From Planctomycetota bacterium (GTDB lineage: Bacteria; Planctomycetota; UBA1135; UBA2386): DNA of 64,000 nucleotides. Positions within the stretch are counted from its first letter, which is position 1. Every line of letters starts with the position of its first letter. Location: the NCBI GenBank assembly GCA_965223545.1, contig OZ245006.1, positions 320,001-384,000 on the forward strand. Direction: 5' to 3'. A model generated the notes under the pieces. The model was not told where the DNA came from and did not search any database. It saw only the letters and a list, made by a program, of their open reading frames with translations. Below, piece by piece: positions 41,705-51,785 of this stretch. Both the position numbers and the translations under genes were made by a program.

Positions 41705-43540
41705 TCAGTCGCGTGGCGCTGCCGCCAGCCCCTGCAGCGCGGCCAGAACCGCGGGCTCGAACGGCGCCTGCTGCGCGGCGCGACGGACGTCGGCCGCGGC
41801 GGCGGCTGGCTGACCCGCGGCGCGGTGGGCGTCGGCGCGGTCGAGCAACACGGTCCAGTGATCCAGTCCCAACGACACGCTCTCGTCCAGCAGCTCCACC
41901 GCCAGGTCGGGGCGCCCCTGGAGACGGCGCGCGTGCGCCGCGGTGCGGTAGACCAGGCCCTTGGGCGCCTCGAACTCGTGCACTGACAGGGCCGCCGCCA
42001 CCGCCTGATCGTAGCCGGCCGGGTCGCCGGTGCGGCGCGCCGCGGCCGCCAGCGCCCGGCTGAGGAGGAGGCGGAAGAACGGGTTGTTCGCCCCGCGCTC
42101 CACCAGCCAGCGCGCGTGCGCCAGGGCTACCACCGGATCGCCGCGCTCGCCGAGCTGCAGATTCAGCTCGGCGATGCTGCGCCGCGCGGAGACGTAGTCG
42201 GGGTAGCGCGCCACCGCGGCGCGCATGTGGCGGAGCGCCGGCTCCAGCGCGCCCGCCCGCATCGCCAGCGCACCGAGGCTGTAGTGCGCCCGGTAGGACT
42301 CCGGCGCGAGCACCAGCGCGCGGCGCCAGAGCTCGCACTCGTCCCGATAGGCGGCACTGCGCTCGAACGCCACCGCGCCGAAGCCGAGCGCGAAGCTGGC
42401 CGGAATCGCCACGGCAACGGCCCTGAGCCAACCGCGGTCGGCGCGCCGCGGCAGCGCGGCGCCCGCCGCCAGCGCGGCGCCGGCGACCAGGCCGTACATG
42501 CGATGCTCGCTGAGCGGCACGTTGAGCGGCACCACGATCCACGGCAGCGACGTCAGCCAAGCGAGCGCGGTGGCCGCGAACAGCACCGGCCGCCGCGCGG
42601 GTCGCGCCAGCCCCCACGCCGTGAGCCCGCCGATCAGAACGACGCCGAACAGGACCGTCGCGGACGCCGGGCCGCGCACGAACTCGACCGCTGGATCGAG
42701 AGTCAGCGCGTTCGGCCAAACCAGCTGTGCCAAGTAGCCGGGCAGCGCGCTCGCCATCGTGCACAGCTGCGTCAGCAGATCGCGGCCGGCACCGGTCAGC
42801 GGGTCGGCCCCACCGACCACGACGACGCGGGGCAGGGTCGCGGCGCCGAACAGGGCGCGACGGATCAGCAGATAGCCCACCGCGACGGCCACCACCGGCA
42901 GCAGCCGCACCACCACCGCCCGCGGCCGCAGCGCTCCGGACTGCCGCCAATGCACCAGCTCCAGCGCCACGACGAGCGCCGGCAGGACCACCCCGGTCTC
43001 CTTCGCGCCGCACGCGATCACCCCACACAGTGCCACCACCCAGGGCCAGCCGCGCCCCCGCGCCTGGGCGTACAGATGGGCGTGCAGACCGGCCAGCAGC
43101 GCGACCAGAAGCAGGCCCTCGCTGCGCGCCGAGATCATGTTGACGGTCTCCGATACCAGCGGATGCACGGCGAACAGGAGGCCCGCTGCGGCAGCCGCCC
43201 ACCGACCCAGCCCGAGGCGCCGGCCAAGCCCGGCCAGCAGCAGGGCCGCGGCCGCGTGCAGGAGTACGTTGGTCAGCTTGAACATCCAGACCGCACCGCC
43301 GGCGATGGCGTGGTCCACCGCGAACGTGGTGAGCAGCACCGGCCGGTACATGCGGTTGTCGAGCGAGCTGAACAGCGTCACGTCGGTGAAGAACGCGGGC
43401 ACGTTGGCGAGCGACCACAGCGCGGTGTTCTCCGCCACCGAGTGGTGGTCGTCGTAGACGAACGCCCCACCGAGGGCCACGCCGTACGCACCGAACGCGC
43501 CCACCAACACCAGGATCCACGGCAACCCAATGCGCTTCAT
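41705..43540 (-). CDS. TMTC-like GT-C membrane glycosyltransferase with C-terminal TPRs
   Basis: 'FVYDDHHSVAEN', 'YRPVLLTTF', 'NVLLH', 'FAVHPLVSETVNMISARSE', 'KE', 'SEHRMY', many TM segments, then TPRs. Start at ATG 43540. Confidence 0.78.
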   Translation of the reverse strand: MKRIGLPWILVLVGAFGAYGVALGGAFVYDDHHSVAENTALWSLANVPAFFTDVTLFSSLDNRMYRPVLLTTFAVDHAIAGGAVWMFKLTNVLLHAAAALLLAGLGRRLGLGRWAAAAAGLLFAVHPLVSETVNMISARSEGLLLVALLAGLHAHLYAQARGRGWPWVVALCGVIACGAKETGVVLPALVVALELVHWRQSGALRPRAVVVRLLPVVAVAVGYLLIRRALFGAATLPRVVVVGGADPLTGAGRDLLTQLCTMASALPGYLAQLVWPNALTLDPAVEFVRGPASATVLFGVVLIGGLTAWGLARPARRPVLFAATALAWLTSLPWIVVPLNVPLSEHRMYGLVAGAALAAGAALPRRADRGWLRAVAVAIPASFALGFGAVAFERSAAYRDECELWRRALVLAPESYRAHYSLGALAMRAGALEPALRHMRAAVARYPDYVSARRSIAELNLQLGERGDPVVALAHARWLVERGANNPFFRLLLSRALAAAARRTGDPAGYDQAVAAALSVHEFEAPKGLVYRTAAHARRLQGRPDLAVELLDESVSLGLDHWTVLLDRADAHRAAGQPAAAAADVRRAAQQAPFEPAVLAALQGLAAAPRD

Positions 43541-44745
43541 CGCGACGCCGCCCCCGACGCGATCACGCTCTCCCCGCGCGGGCGAGGTCCCGCAGCGCTC
43601 GGTCCCGGAAGCGAAGCGGTCTCGATGCCGGCCTGTGCCAGTGCGAGCCGCAGCGAGGCGGCAACCGCGCCGCTGGAAAAGCGCCGGTCGTAGGCGGGCC
43701 GGGCCGCGGCGGCCCGCGCCGCCAAACCCTCTGCATCGTCGCGCGCCGCCCCGAGCGCGCGGCCGATCGCCGCCGGATCGCCGGGTGGCACGAGCAGCGC
43801 CGCCGCGGCCGCGGCTCGTCGCACGGGTGGCGCGTCGACAGTCAGCACCGGACGCCCCGCGGCCAGCGCGTGCATCACCTTGAACGGCACTACGCGCGAC
43901 GCCTTGGCCGAGGCGCCGAACACGCCACACACCAGATGGGCCGCCGCGATCGCGCTGTCGAGATCGGGACGGTCGACGAACACCGGGCCGAGGCGCACTC
44001 CACCGTGGGCCGCGGCACGGCGCCGGTCTTCTTCGCCACCGCCGATCAACGTCAGCTCGACGCCGGAGGCCCCCACGGCGGCGTCCAGCAGGTGCCGCAG
44101 GCCGTGCAGCGGAACGCCGGTGCCGAAGAACAGCGCGCGCAGCGGCGCGCCGGCGCGCGGCGGCTCGAACCGCGGCGCTTCCGCCGGCGCCCACGGATCG
44201 GACACCGGTACCCATGAGAACCGCTCGCCGCCGACACCGACGATCTCGGCGACCGCCTGCGCGTGCTCGGGGGTGTCGAGCAAGACGACGTCCGCGGCGC
44301 GGCAGGCGCGGCGGTCCAGCGCGCTGAACACCGCGCCTGCCGCCCGCCCGGCACCGAGCAGCTGCCGGTCGCCGACCACGGTGTCGTAGGCGGACAAGAA
44401 CAGGTCGAGTACGATCGGACCGTCGAAGCAGCGCCGCAGCCATGGTGCGACCAGGTGGCCCGGGTAGGGGATCAAGACGACGTCCGGGCGGTGGGCGGCC
44501 AGCGCGGCGCGCACCTGGCGCCGAGTTCCGCTGCCCGACGCCAGAACGCGCGGCACCGCGCGCGCCATCGCCCCCCACGAGGACAGAGCCCGTCGCTTGG
44601 CAGCGCCGGCGAACGGCGTCGGCAGCCGACACTCCACGACGTCGAGCGGCAGCGCGCGCAAGCCCGCCAGCAACGCGGCGGGCCGGGGGTAGCCGGGACC
44701 GGTATCCCAGCAACCACAGACCATGATCTTGGCCACGGACCTCAC
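43537..44745 (-). CDS. GT-B (GT4-like) glycosyltransferase
   Basis: 'YPR', 'DLFLSAYDT', 'FFGT..PLHG', 'GVFG.S.KA.RVVP.KV..ALAAGRPVLT', 'VPPGDP'. Confidence 0.85.
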   Translation of the reverse strand: MRSVAKIMVCGCWDTGPGYPRPAALLAGLRALPLDVVECRLPTPFAGAAKRRALSSWGAMARAVPRVLASGSGTRRQVRAALAAHRPDVVLIPYPGHLVAPWLRRCFDGPIVLDLFLSAYDTVVGDRQLLGAGRAAGAVFSALDRRACRAADVVLLDTPEHAQAVAEIVGVGGERFSWVPVSDPWAPAEAPRFEPPRAGAPLRALFFGTGVPLHGLRHLLDAAVGASGVELTLIGGGEEDRRRAAAHGGVRLGPVFVDRPDLDSAIAAAHLVCGVFGASAKASRVVPFKVMHALAAGRPVLTVDAPPVRRAAAAAALLVPPGDPAAIGRALGAARDDAEGLAARAAAARPAYDRRFSSGAVAASLRLALAQAGIETASLPGPSAAGPRPRGESVIASGAASR

Positions 44746-45671
44746 TCGCGGCTACTGCGCTCCATGCGCAGCGCGGCGACCTGCTCCGAGATCAAGCCCA
44801 GGCCGAAGATGACGGTCGCCTGCGTCAGCAGGAACACGGCCATGTTGGTGAACCGGCTCTGGCTGAAGTAGGTGTAGCCGTACCACGCCAAGCCCATTGC
44901 GGCGAACGCCAGCGCCAGCGGCCCGAACACCCGCAGGGGAGCGAAGAACGTGGCGATCCGCATGATGATCAACAGGAACCGGCTGCCATCCCGCAGCAGG
45001 CGGATGTGGCTCTTGCCCTGCCGGCGGCGCACGACGATGTCGCAGAAACCGACGGCGTAACCGCCGCGCAGCATGGCGAGCGTGATCGTCGTCGGGTAGC
45101 TGAACGTGTTGGGCAGCAGATAGGCGTAGCTCTTGGCGACTTCCGCCCGCATCAGCCGGTAGCCACTGGTGAGGTCCGGGATCGGCCGGCTGGTGACGTA
45201 GCTCGCCAGCCCGTTGTAGACCTTGTTGGCCAGGTTGCGGTGCCAGTCACCCCCACTGCCGCCGCGCGAGCCGACGACCATGTCGTGGTCCGCCGCCATC
45301 CGCAGCATGCCGGGGATGTGCTCCGGCGGGTGCTGGCCGTCGCCGTCGAGCAGGAGGATCCACTCGGCGGTCGCCGCCCGAATGCCGCGCTTCACCGCGG
45401 CACCGTTCCCCAGGCTGCGCGGGTGCCGGAGCACGCGCGCGCCGCAGCGCCGGCCGATCTCGGCGGTGTCGTCCTCGCTGCCGTCATCGATCAGCAGCAG
45501 CTCGTAGCGCAGGCCCGTCTGCGCGCGCAGCACCGTCTGCAGCTCCACCAGGAGGGCGTCCAGGCCGGCGGCCTCGTTCTTCGCCGGGATCACCACCGAC
45601 AGCGACCGCACCGCCGCCTCCGGGGCGGGCGCGCCGTCGGACACCCGCTCCGGCAGGTCGCCGGTCGCCAT
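44742..45671 (-). CDS. GT2 polyprenyl-phosphate glycosyltransferase (DPM1/GtrB-like)
   Basis: 'SVVIPAKNE', 'DDGSEDDT', 'DGDGQH', 'VGSR', 'DLTSGYR', two C-terminal TM helices. Confidence 0.9.
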   Translation of the reverse strand: MATGDLPERVSDGAPAPEAAVRSLSVVIPAKNEAAGLDALLVELQTVLRAQTGLRYELLLIDDGSEDDTAEIGRRCGARVLRHPRSLGNGAAVKRGIRAATAEWILLLDGDGQHPPEHIPGMLRMAADHDMVVGSRGGSGGDWHRNLANKVYNGLASYVTSRPIPDLTSGYRLMRAEVAKSYAYLLPNTFSYPTTITLAMLRGGYAVGFCDIVVRRRQGKSHIRLLRDGSRFLLIIMRIATFFAPLRVFGPLALAFAAMGLAWYGYTYFSQSRFTNMAVFLLTQATVIFGLGLISEQVAALRMERSSRE

Positions 45672-45772
45672 CAGAGTCGCGACCTGCGCGCGGCCCTCGG
45701 TTGCCGAAACGATCATGCCATCGGGCCTATCGACCACCGCCGGCAGCCGACTTGATGGCGGTTAAGCGGCAA

Positions 45773-45805
45773 GAAGCCGCCCCTCGTTGCCGAGGGAGCG
45801 GCTTC
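45773..45805 (-). terminator. Intrinsic terminator-like hairpin downstream of the pilin gene
   Basis: Minus strand GAAGCCGC-T-CCCTCG-GCAA-CGAGGG-GCGGCTTC: 14 bp stem, GNRA loop, only a weak U-tract. Confidence 0.65.
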
Positions 45806-45836
45806 CGGCCGTTGCCCCAGAGGGACGGTGCGTCGA

Positions 45837-46538
45837 TCAGTTGACGACGACCCAGCGCTGGTTGTCCAGGCCGGTGGAGTTGGCGGCGTTGGTGCTGCCC
45901 ATGTTCGCGCTGGTGATGCCAGTCAGGAACGCGGCGGTCACGGCCGGAGTGGTCGTGGTGCCGTTGTAGCGCGTGACGCTGTTGCGGCCGGAGAGCACGT
46001 CACCCTGCTGGTTGACGAAGAACACCCGCTTGCCGGAGTTGCCGTAGCTGGTCGGCCAGGCGTAGCACATCCACATGACCTCGGAGGTCGAGGCACCGAT
46101 GGTGACGCCACTGCCGCCGCCCGAGGCCGCCTCGGACTGCGCCACGGCCGAGCCGTTCGGCAGGTACAGCTGGAAGAAGTAGCCCGAGCGCTGCACGCGC
46201 GCGCTGATGACGTTGGTGAAGGCGCCCGACAGGAACGGCGGGCTGATGCGCTCGGTGCCGACGCCGCCGGTCTCGTTGTTGCGGACGGCAGTGCCGCCGG
46301 CGAGCTCGGCGAAGAAGCCGTACTCACCCGCGCCGTTGTTGTTGGTGTCGATGATGCCGGAAGCCTGGCACTGCGACTGGGCGGACGAGATGTTCTTCAG
46401 CGTGGCGATCGCGGCCGACTCATTGGCGTTGAGCCGCGCGCTGAGCAAGTTCGGAATCGCGATCGACGCGATGATGGCGATGATCGCAACCACGATCATC
46501 AGCTCGATGAGGGTGAAACCCTGTTCGCGCTTGGTCAT
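45837..46538 (-). CDS. pilA: Type IV major pilin
   Basis: Class III signal 'MTKREQG|FTLIELMIVVAIIAIIASIAIPNL' with E5; C-terminal 'YAWPTSYGNSGKRVFFVNQQG'; SD 'AGGGAG'; own terminator. Confidence 0.9.
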   Translation of the reverse strand: MTKREQGFTLIELMIVVAIIAIIASIAIPNLLSARLNANESAAIATLKNISSAQSQCQASGIIDTNNNGAGEYGFFAELAGGTAVRNNETGGVGTERISPPFLSGAFTNVISARVQRSGYFFQLYLPNGSAVAQSEAASGGGSGVTIGASTSEVMWMCYAWPTSYGNSGKRVFFVNQQGDVLSGRNSVTRYNGTTTTPAVTAAFLTGITSANMGSTNAANSTGLDNQRWVVVN

Positions 46539-46880
46539 TTCTTTCTCCCTATTGCGTGGACTGTGACGCGGACCTCCCGCAGGCCCGGCCCGACTCTCCC
46601 TCTCCGGGGACCCCCCGATCCCGACGGCAACACACCGCGATCACGGTTGGGCGCCGAGGTCCAGCGGACTGCGCTTCGTTGTTTCGCGAAGCCCACTGAA
46701 GAACGGCATGTGGAGGCCTATCGATCCGCTCGAGGGGGCGTCTTTAGTACTGCCCAGAGGAATCTCGCAACGGTGCCAGGCGCGCTATCGGAGTCGGCGA
46801 TGCCATCGCGACAACGGCGCGTGCGGCCCGGTCGAAGCGCCGCGAGCCCCTGAGCGCGTCCCGAGCGAGGCGGCGGCGCC

Positions 46881-47435
46881 TCAGCCGGCCGGCGTGGCCG
46901 ACGCGGGGCCGGCTGCCGCCTTGGCCGGATCCGCCCGCAGGATCTTCTCCACCCAAGGGCGGTTGGCCGGCAGGAAGCTGGCCTCGTGTTCATGCAGGAG
47001 AGCGCGGGCGCTGTCGGTATCGCCCTGCAGGGCCAACAGCTGGGCTTCCTTCATCAGCGACTGGTCGCGCTGCTCCGGTGTGCACTGCGGCATGCCGCGC
47101 ATCGCGCGGTAGTGCCCCAGCGCCGCGGCGGAGTCCCCCTGCAGGTAGGCGAACACGGCGCGATACTCGCGCAGCGCGACCAGCTCGGGTTGCTGCCGCT
47201 CGATGCGGTCGAGGTAGTCCTCGACAGTGCTGACGATACGCTCCCGCTCGGCCACCGGGGCTCCGTCCTCGGTCTTCGCCGGCATCATCGCCATCAGCCG
47301 CAGCTGGACCTCGACCGAGTTGGCCAAGGTCAGGACGTCGGGCTCGGCCTCGTAGACGAACCCGCCCCAGACCAGCCCGCCCGCGATCAGACAAGCACCG
47401 CCGTAGCCGGCGATCCGTTGCGCCATCTTGCTCAT
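46881..47435 (-). CDS. Membrane-anchored TPR-like protein
   Basis: TM 'GGACLIAGGLVWGGFVY'; TPR-like 'AYLQGDSAAALGHY', 'LLALQGDTDSARALL'. Confidence 0.65.
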   Translation of the reverse strand: MSKMAQRIAGYGGACLIAGGLVWGGFVYEAEPDVLTLANSVEVQLRLMAMMPAKTEDGAPVAERERIVSTVEDYLDRIERQQPELVALREYRAVFAYLQGDSAAALGHYRAMRGMPQCTPEQRDQSLMKEAQLLALQGDTDSARALLHEHEASFLPANRPWVEKILRADPAKAAAGPASATPAG

Positions 47436-47583
47436 GCCACACTCCTTTGCCTGCCACCGCGCGATGCGCGGTGTCTTGCCGCTGGCCCGTGCCAGCGGTG
47501 TTCTTCTTGGCTCACGTGCCGGGGCGTGAGCAGCGCGCCGGCCAGGTGCGCGCGGCGGACCGCGCGCCTGCGCCGGCAGCCTG

Positions 47584-48822
47584 CTATCCGCCGGACAGCT
47601 TCTCTTGCAGCTTGAAGATCGGCAGGAACACCGCGAGCACGATGCCACCGACGACGAAGCCCATGATTGCGATCATGATCGGCTCGATCAGGGACGTCAG
47701 TCCCTTGACCTCAGCCTCGACCTGCTGGTCGTAGAACTCGGAGATCTTCTCCAGCAGCGAGTCGAGCGCACCGGAACGCTCGCCGATGCCGATCATCTTG
47801 GTCACCATCGGCGGGAACACCGGGTGTTCGGCAAACGGCGCCGACAGGGTCTCGCCTTGCTTGACGCTGTCCCGCGCCTGCTCGACGATCCTCGAGATCA
47901 CGCGGTTGCCGACCGTCTCCGACACGATCTCCATCGCGCCGAGGATCGGCACACCGCTCTTGACCAGCGTCGAGAACGTGCGCGCGAAGCGCGACAGGCC
48001 GACCTTCTTGAACAGCGAGCCGAACACCGGCACGCGCAACATCATCGCGTCCCAGATGTAGGCGCCCTTTTCGGTCGTCTTCCACGTCTTGATGCCGAAG
48101 ATCGCCGCGGCGATGGCGCCGAAGATCACGTACCACTGGGCACGCATGAACTCCGCCGCGTCCATGATCGCGACCGTCAGCGCGGGCAGGTCCACCTCGA
48201 GCGATTCGAACACCGGCCGGAACGACGGTACGATGCCGATCATCAAGAACGAGGCGATGCCGAAGACCAAGAACAACGACACGACCGGATAGGTCATCGC
48301 CGACTTGATCTCCTGGCGCAGGTGGGCGGCGGCCTCGAGATACTCGGCCAACCGGGTCAGGATGATGTCGAGCTGGCCGGAGACCTCGCCGGCGCGGATC
48401 ATGCTGACGTAGATGTCGGAGAACACCTTGGGGTGCGGCTCCAACGCCTTGGACAGATCGGCGCCCGAGCGAATGTCGTCGACCACCTGGTTGAGGCAGT
48501 AGCCGAAGCCAGGGCTCTCCGCCTGCTCGGAGAGGATCTCCAGCGCCTCGAGCATCGGGATGCCCGCCGCCAGCATGGTCGACAGCTGGCGGGTGAAGAC
48601 CTCCAGCTCGCCCTTCTTGACCGATGACTTCTTGGCGCCCTTCTTGCGCTTCTGGGCACCAGTCCCTTTGCCGCGGCCGGCACCCGCCTTCTTGATCTGA
48701 ATGGGCGTCAGCGATCGGCGGCGCAGGTCCGCCACCACGTCGGTCTGCGAGTTGGCCGTGATCGTGCCGTTCACCGTGCGGCCCGAAGCGTCCTTCGCCT
48801 GGTACTTGAATGTCGTCGCCAT
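47584..48822 (-). CDS. pilC: Type IV pilus platform protein PilC (GspF family)
   Basis: 'FTRQLSTMLAAGIP', 'AGEVSGQLD', 'SAMTYP', 'GERSGALD', 'LIEP'. Confidence 0.95.
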   Translation of the reverse strand: MATTFKYQAKDASGRTVNGTITANSQTDVVADLRRRSLTPIQIKKAGAGRGKGTGAQKRKKGAKKSSVKKGELEVFTRQLSTMLAAGIPMLEALEILSEQAESPGFGYCLNQVVDDIRSGADLSKALEPHPKVFSDIYVSMIRAGEVSGQLDIILTRLAEYLEAAAHLRQEIKSAMTYPVVSLFLVFGIASFLMIGIVPSFRPVFESLEVDLPALTVAIMDAAEFMRAQWYVIFGAIAAAIFGIKTWKTTEKGAYIWDAMMLRVPVFGSLFKKVGLSRFARTFSTLVKSGVPILGAMEIVSETVGNRVISRIVEQARDSVKQGETLSAPFAEHPVFPPMVTKMIGIGERSGALDSLLEKISEFYDQQVEAEVKGLTSLIEPIMIAIMGFVVGGIVLAVFLPIFKLQEKLSGG

Positions 48823-48841
48823 CTCTTGTTTTCCCGCGAAC

Positions 48842-50554
48842 TCAGTCCGCCATCGTCACTCGCTCGATCTCCTCGAGGCTGGTCTTGCCCCGGCCCACGT
48901 TCATCAGGCCGCATCGACGCAGCGTGAGCATGCCCTCGCTCAGCGCTTGCGCCTTGACGTCCGCGATGTGGGCTCGGTTGACCACCAACCGCTTGACCTC
49001 GTCGCTCATCCGCATGGTCTCCAGCAGAGCGAAGCGGCCCTTGTATCCGTGTGTGCACCGGCTGCAGCCCTTGGGCTGAAACACCTGGAAGTCCTCGACC
49101 TCGAGGTCTTCCTCGGTGTACCCAGCCGCCAACAGAGCGTCCTTGCCGATCTGCAGCGGCACCTTGCAGTGCGTGCACAGCACGCGCGCCAGACGCTGGG
49201 CGCAGATCAGGATGGTCGAGCTCGCCACCATGAACGGGTCCATGCCCATGTCGACCATTCGAGTGATCGTCGACGGGGCGTCGTTGGTGTGCAGCGTGCT
49301 CAGCACCAAGTGGCCCGTGAGCGCCGCCTTGACCGCGATCTCCAGGGTCTCCTTGTCGCGAATCTCGCCGAGCAAGACGACATCGGGGTCCTGACGCAGA
49401 ATCGAGCGGAGCGCACCGGCAAACGTCATCCCGCGCTTGGGGTTGACCGGCACCTGGTTGATGCCCGCCATGGTGTACTCGACCGGATCCTCCACCGTGA
49501 CCAGGTTGATCTCCGGGTTGGCGATGTGCGCCACCGCCGAGTAGAGCGTCGTCGACTTGCCCGATCCCGTCGGCCCGGTGACGAGGATCATCCCGTAAGG
49601 CCGATCGATCGCCCACATGTAGTCGTCCATGCTGCGCTGCTCGAAGTTCAGCGAGTGGATGTCGAGGGCGAGGTTGGACGAGTCGAGGATGCGGAAGACG
49701 ACCTTCTCGCCCCATACCACCGGCAGCACCGAGACGCGAAAGTCGATCGCGTGCTTGCCGATCTTCATCTGGATCTTGCCGTCTTGCGGCCGCTGCTTCT
49801 CGGCGATGTCCAGCTTGGACATGATCTTGATGCGCGACGTCACGTTGTTCTGCATGCGCTTGGGCAGCGACAACGCCTCGACCAAGCGCCCGTCCCGCCG
49901 GTAGCGCACGACGACCTTCTTCTCGAACGGCTCGATGTGAATGTCGCTCACACCGGACATGCAGGCGTCGGCGATGATCTTGTTGACCATCTTCACCACC
50001 GGGCCTTCCTCGTCGCTCAGCGCGGTCAGGTCGAGGGTGCTGTCCTCCTCCTCACCCTCGCCCTTGACCTCGAGGTCACCGCCTTCGAACGACTCGAGGA
50101 TTTCGCCAACGCTCTCCTCGTCGGTCTTGTAGGCGACCGGCAGCGTGCGCTCCAACGCCTCCTGGGTCGTCACCACCGGCCGCAGCTGGCAGCCGGTGAT
50201 GATCCGGATGTCGTCCAGCTTGAGTACGTCGAACGGGTTGGCGACCGCCACGGTCAGCATCGCGCCGATGCGCTCGAGCGGGAAGACCTGGTACTCCTTG
50301 GCGACGTCGAGCGGAATCGACTCCAGGATCTCCTTGTCGACGGTGACTTTGGCCAGATCGATCGGCGGACAATTCGCCGCCTGTGCCAGCCAGTACAGCA
50401 CCTCTCCCTCGGTGAGGATGCCCTTCTTGACCACCAGCTCGGTCAGCGGTCGCTGCTCTTGCTGCACCGCCGCCATCAGCTCTTCGCCTTGCTCGGCTTC
50501 GAGCTTGCCGGCCTTCTCGAGGATCGCGCGGACTTTCTTCGACAGTTGGATCAT
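48842..50554 (-). CDS. pilB: Type IV pilus extension ATPase PilB
   Basis: 'SDIHIEP', 'PQDG', Walker A 'GPTGSGKSTTLY', 'LRQDPDVVLLGEIRD', His box 'TGHLVLSTLHTN', tetracysteine motif. Confidence 0.95.
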   Translation of the reverse strand: MIQLSKKVRAILEKAGKLEAEQGEELMAAVQQEQRPLTELVVKKGILTEGEVLYWLAQAANCPPIDLAKVTVDKEILESIPLDVAKEYQVFPLERIGAMLTVAVANPFDVLKLDDIRIITGCQLRPVVTTQEALERTLPVAYKTDEESVGEILESFEGGDLEVKGEGEEEDSTLDLTALSDEEGPVVKMVNKIIADACMSGVSDIHIEPFEKKVVVRYRRDGRLVEALSLPKRMQNNVTSRIKIMSKLDIAEKQRPQDGKIQMKIGKHAIDFRVSVLPVVWGEKVVFRILDSSNLALDIHSLNFEQRSMDDYMWAIDRPYGMILVTGPTGSGKSTTLYSAVAHIANPEINLVTVEDPVEYTMAGINQVPVNPKRGMTFAGALRSILRQDPDVVLLGEIRDKETLEIAVKAALTGHLVLSTLHTNDAPSTITRMVDMGMDPFMVASSTILICAQRLARVLCTHCKVPLQIGKDALLAAGYTEEDLEVEDFQVFQPKGCSRCTHGYKGRFALLETMRMSDEVKRLVVNRAHIADVKAQALSEGMLTLRRCGLMNVGRGKTSLEEIERVTMAD

Positions 50555-51636
50555 CGGCTACGCGCGCCGCGAGGTGATCTCTGGATCAACCGCTGGAAGT
50601 CGGTCGGATCTGGGGCGTGGAAGATGGCGTCCTCGTAGGTGATCTGGCCGGAGCGATAGAGCTCGTAGATCGACTGGTTCATGGTGCGCATGCCCAGCTG
50701 ACCCCCGGTCTGGATCAACGACGCGATCTGGTGCGCCTTGTCGTCGCGGACCAGGGCGCGGATCGCCGGGTTGACGACCATCACTTCGGCAGCCAGACAG
50801 CGCCCCTTGCCCTGCGCCCGTGGCAGCAGCACCTGGCTCATCACCGCCTGGAGGGTGAACGACAGCATCGTGCGGATCTGCTGCTGCTGGTGCGCCGGGA
50901 ACACGTCGACGATGCGGTTGATCGTCTGCACCGTGTCCGAGGTGTGCAGGGTGGCGAACGTCAAGTGCCCGGTCTCGGCCAGCGTCAAGGCCGCCTCGAT
51001 CGTCTCCAGGTCGCGCATCTCGCCGACCAGCACCACGTCCGGGTCCTGGCGCAGGACCGAGCGGAGGGCGCGGGAGAACTTGTGGGTGTCGCTGCCGACC
51101 TCGCGCTGGTTGACCAGGCAGCGGCGGTTGCGGTGCAGGAACTCGATCGGGTCCTCGATGGTGACGATGTGCCCGTAGCGCCGCCGGTTGATGAAGTCGA
51201 CGAGCGATGCCAGCGTGGTCGACTTACCCGAACCGGTGGCGCCGGTGCACAGCACCAGCCCCTTCTGCAGGCCGCAGATCCACTCGCAGACCCCCTCCGG
51301 CAGCCCCAGCTGCTCGAAGCTGAAGGTCTCGAAAGGAATCACCCGGAACACGGCAGCCACCGTGCCGCGCTGGATGAACGCGTTGGTACGAAAGCGACCG
51401 AGGTTGGAGACGCCGAAGGAGAAGTCGAGCTCGAGCTCCTTCTCGAACCGCGCCACCTGGTCCGCGGACAGCACCGAGTAGACCAGCTTCTTGGCCAGCT
51501 CCGGGTTCACCGGATCGAACTCGGTGTCCTGCACCCGACCGTCGACGCGAATCCGCGGCGGCGACCCCACCGATAGGTGAAGATCGGACCCGCCACGCTG
51601 AACCATCAGGTTCAACAGCTCTTCCATCGATACCAT
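50551..51636 (-). CDS. pilT: Type IV pilus retraction ATPase PilT
   Basis: 'SDLHLSVGSPP', 'GATGSGKSTT', 'EDPIE', 'NQREVG', 'AETGHL', AIRNLIRE-like 'AIRALVRD'; ATGA-coupled to pilB. Confidence 0.95.
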   Translation of the reverse strand: MVSMEELLNLMVQRGGSDLHLSVGSPPRIRVDGRVQDTEFDPVNPELAKKLVYSVLSADQVARFEKELELDFSFGVSNLGRFRTNAFIQRGTVAAVFRVIPFETFSFEQLGLPEGVCEWICGLQKGLVLCTGATGSGKSTTLASLVDFINRRRYGHIVTIEDPIEFLHRNRRCLVNQREVGSDTHKFSRALRSVLRQDPDVVLVGEMRDLETIEAALTLAETGHLTFATLHTSDTVQTINRIVDVFPAHQQQQIRTMLSFTLQAVMSQVLLPRAQGKGRCLAAEVMVVNPAIRALVRDDKAHQIASLIQTGGQLGMRTMNQSIYELYRSGQITYEDAIFHAPDPTDFQRLIQRSPRGARSR

Positions 51637-51785
51637 GGCTGCTTCCCACGACCCGTGCGCGACTGTGGCGCTGTGGCCGTTCGTGCCATGGTTATCGACC
51701 GCGCCCCGCTCCCGTGTTGAGGCGGCCAGCGCACAATCCTCGTCCCGGCGCTAATGGGGCGCCGGGCAAGGTTGTCGAGGCGGCG

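Noticed and set aside
43541..44713. Apparent 1002-aa fusion upstream of the TMTC-like gene
   Set aside because: The extension overlaps the GT4 gene in another frame; ATG 43540 with an ATGA overlap is the natural start.
47584..51636. Type II secretion system interpretation of the ATPase/platform genes
   Set aside because: The PilT retraction ATPase and a T4a-type pilin favour a type IV pilus.
46760..51690. TGGCAC (-24-like) boxes upstream of pilA (~46778), the TPR gene (~47494) and pilT (~51688) as sigma54 promoters
   Set aside because: None has GC at the required -12 spacing.
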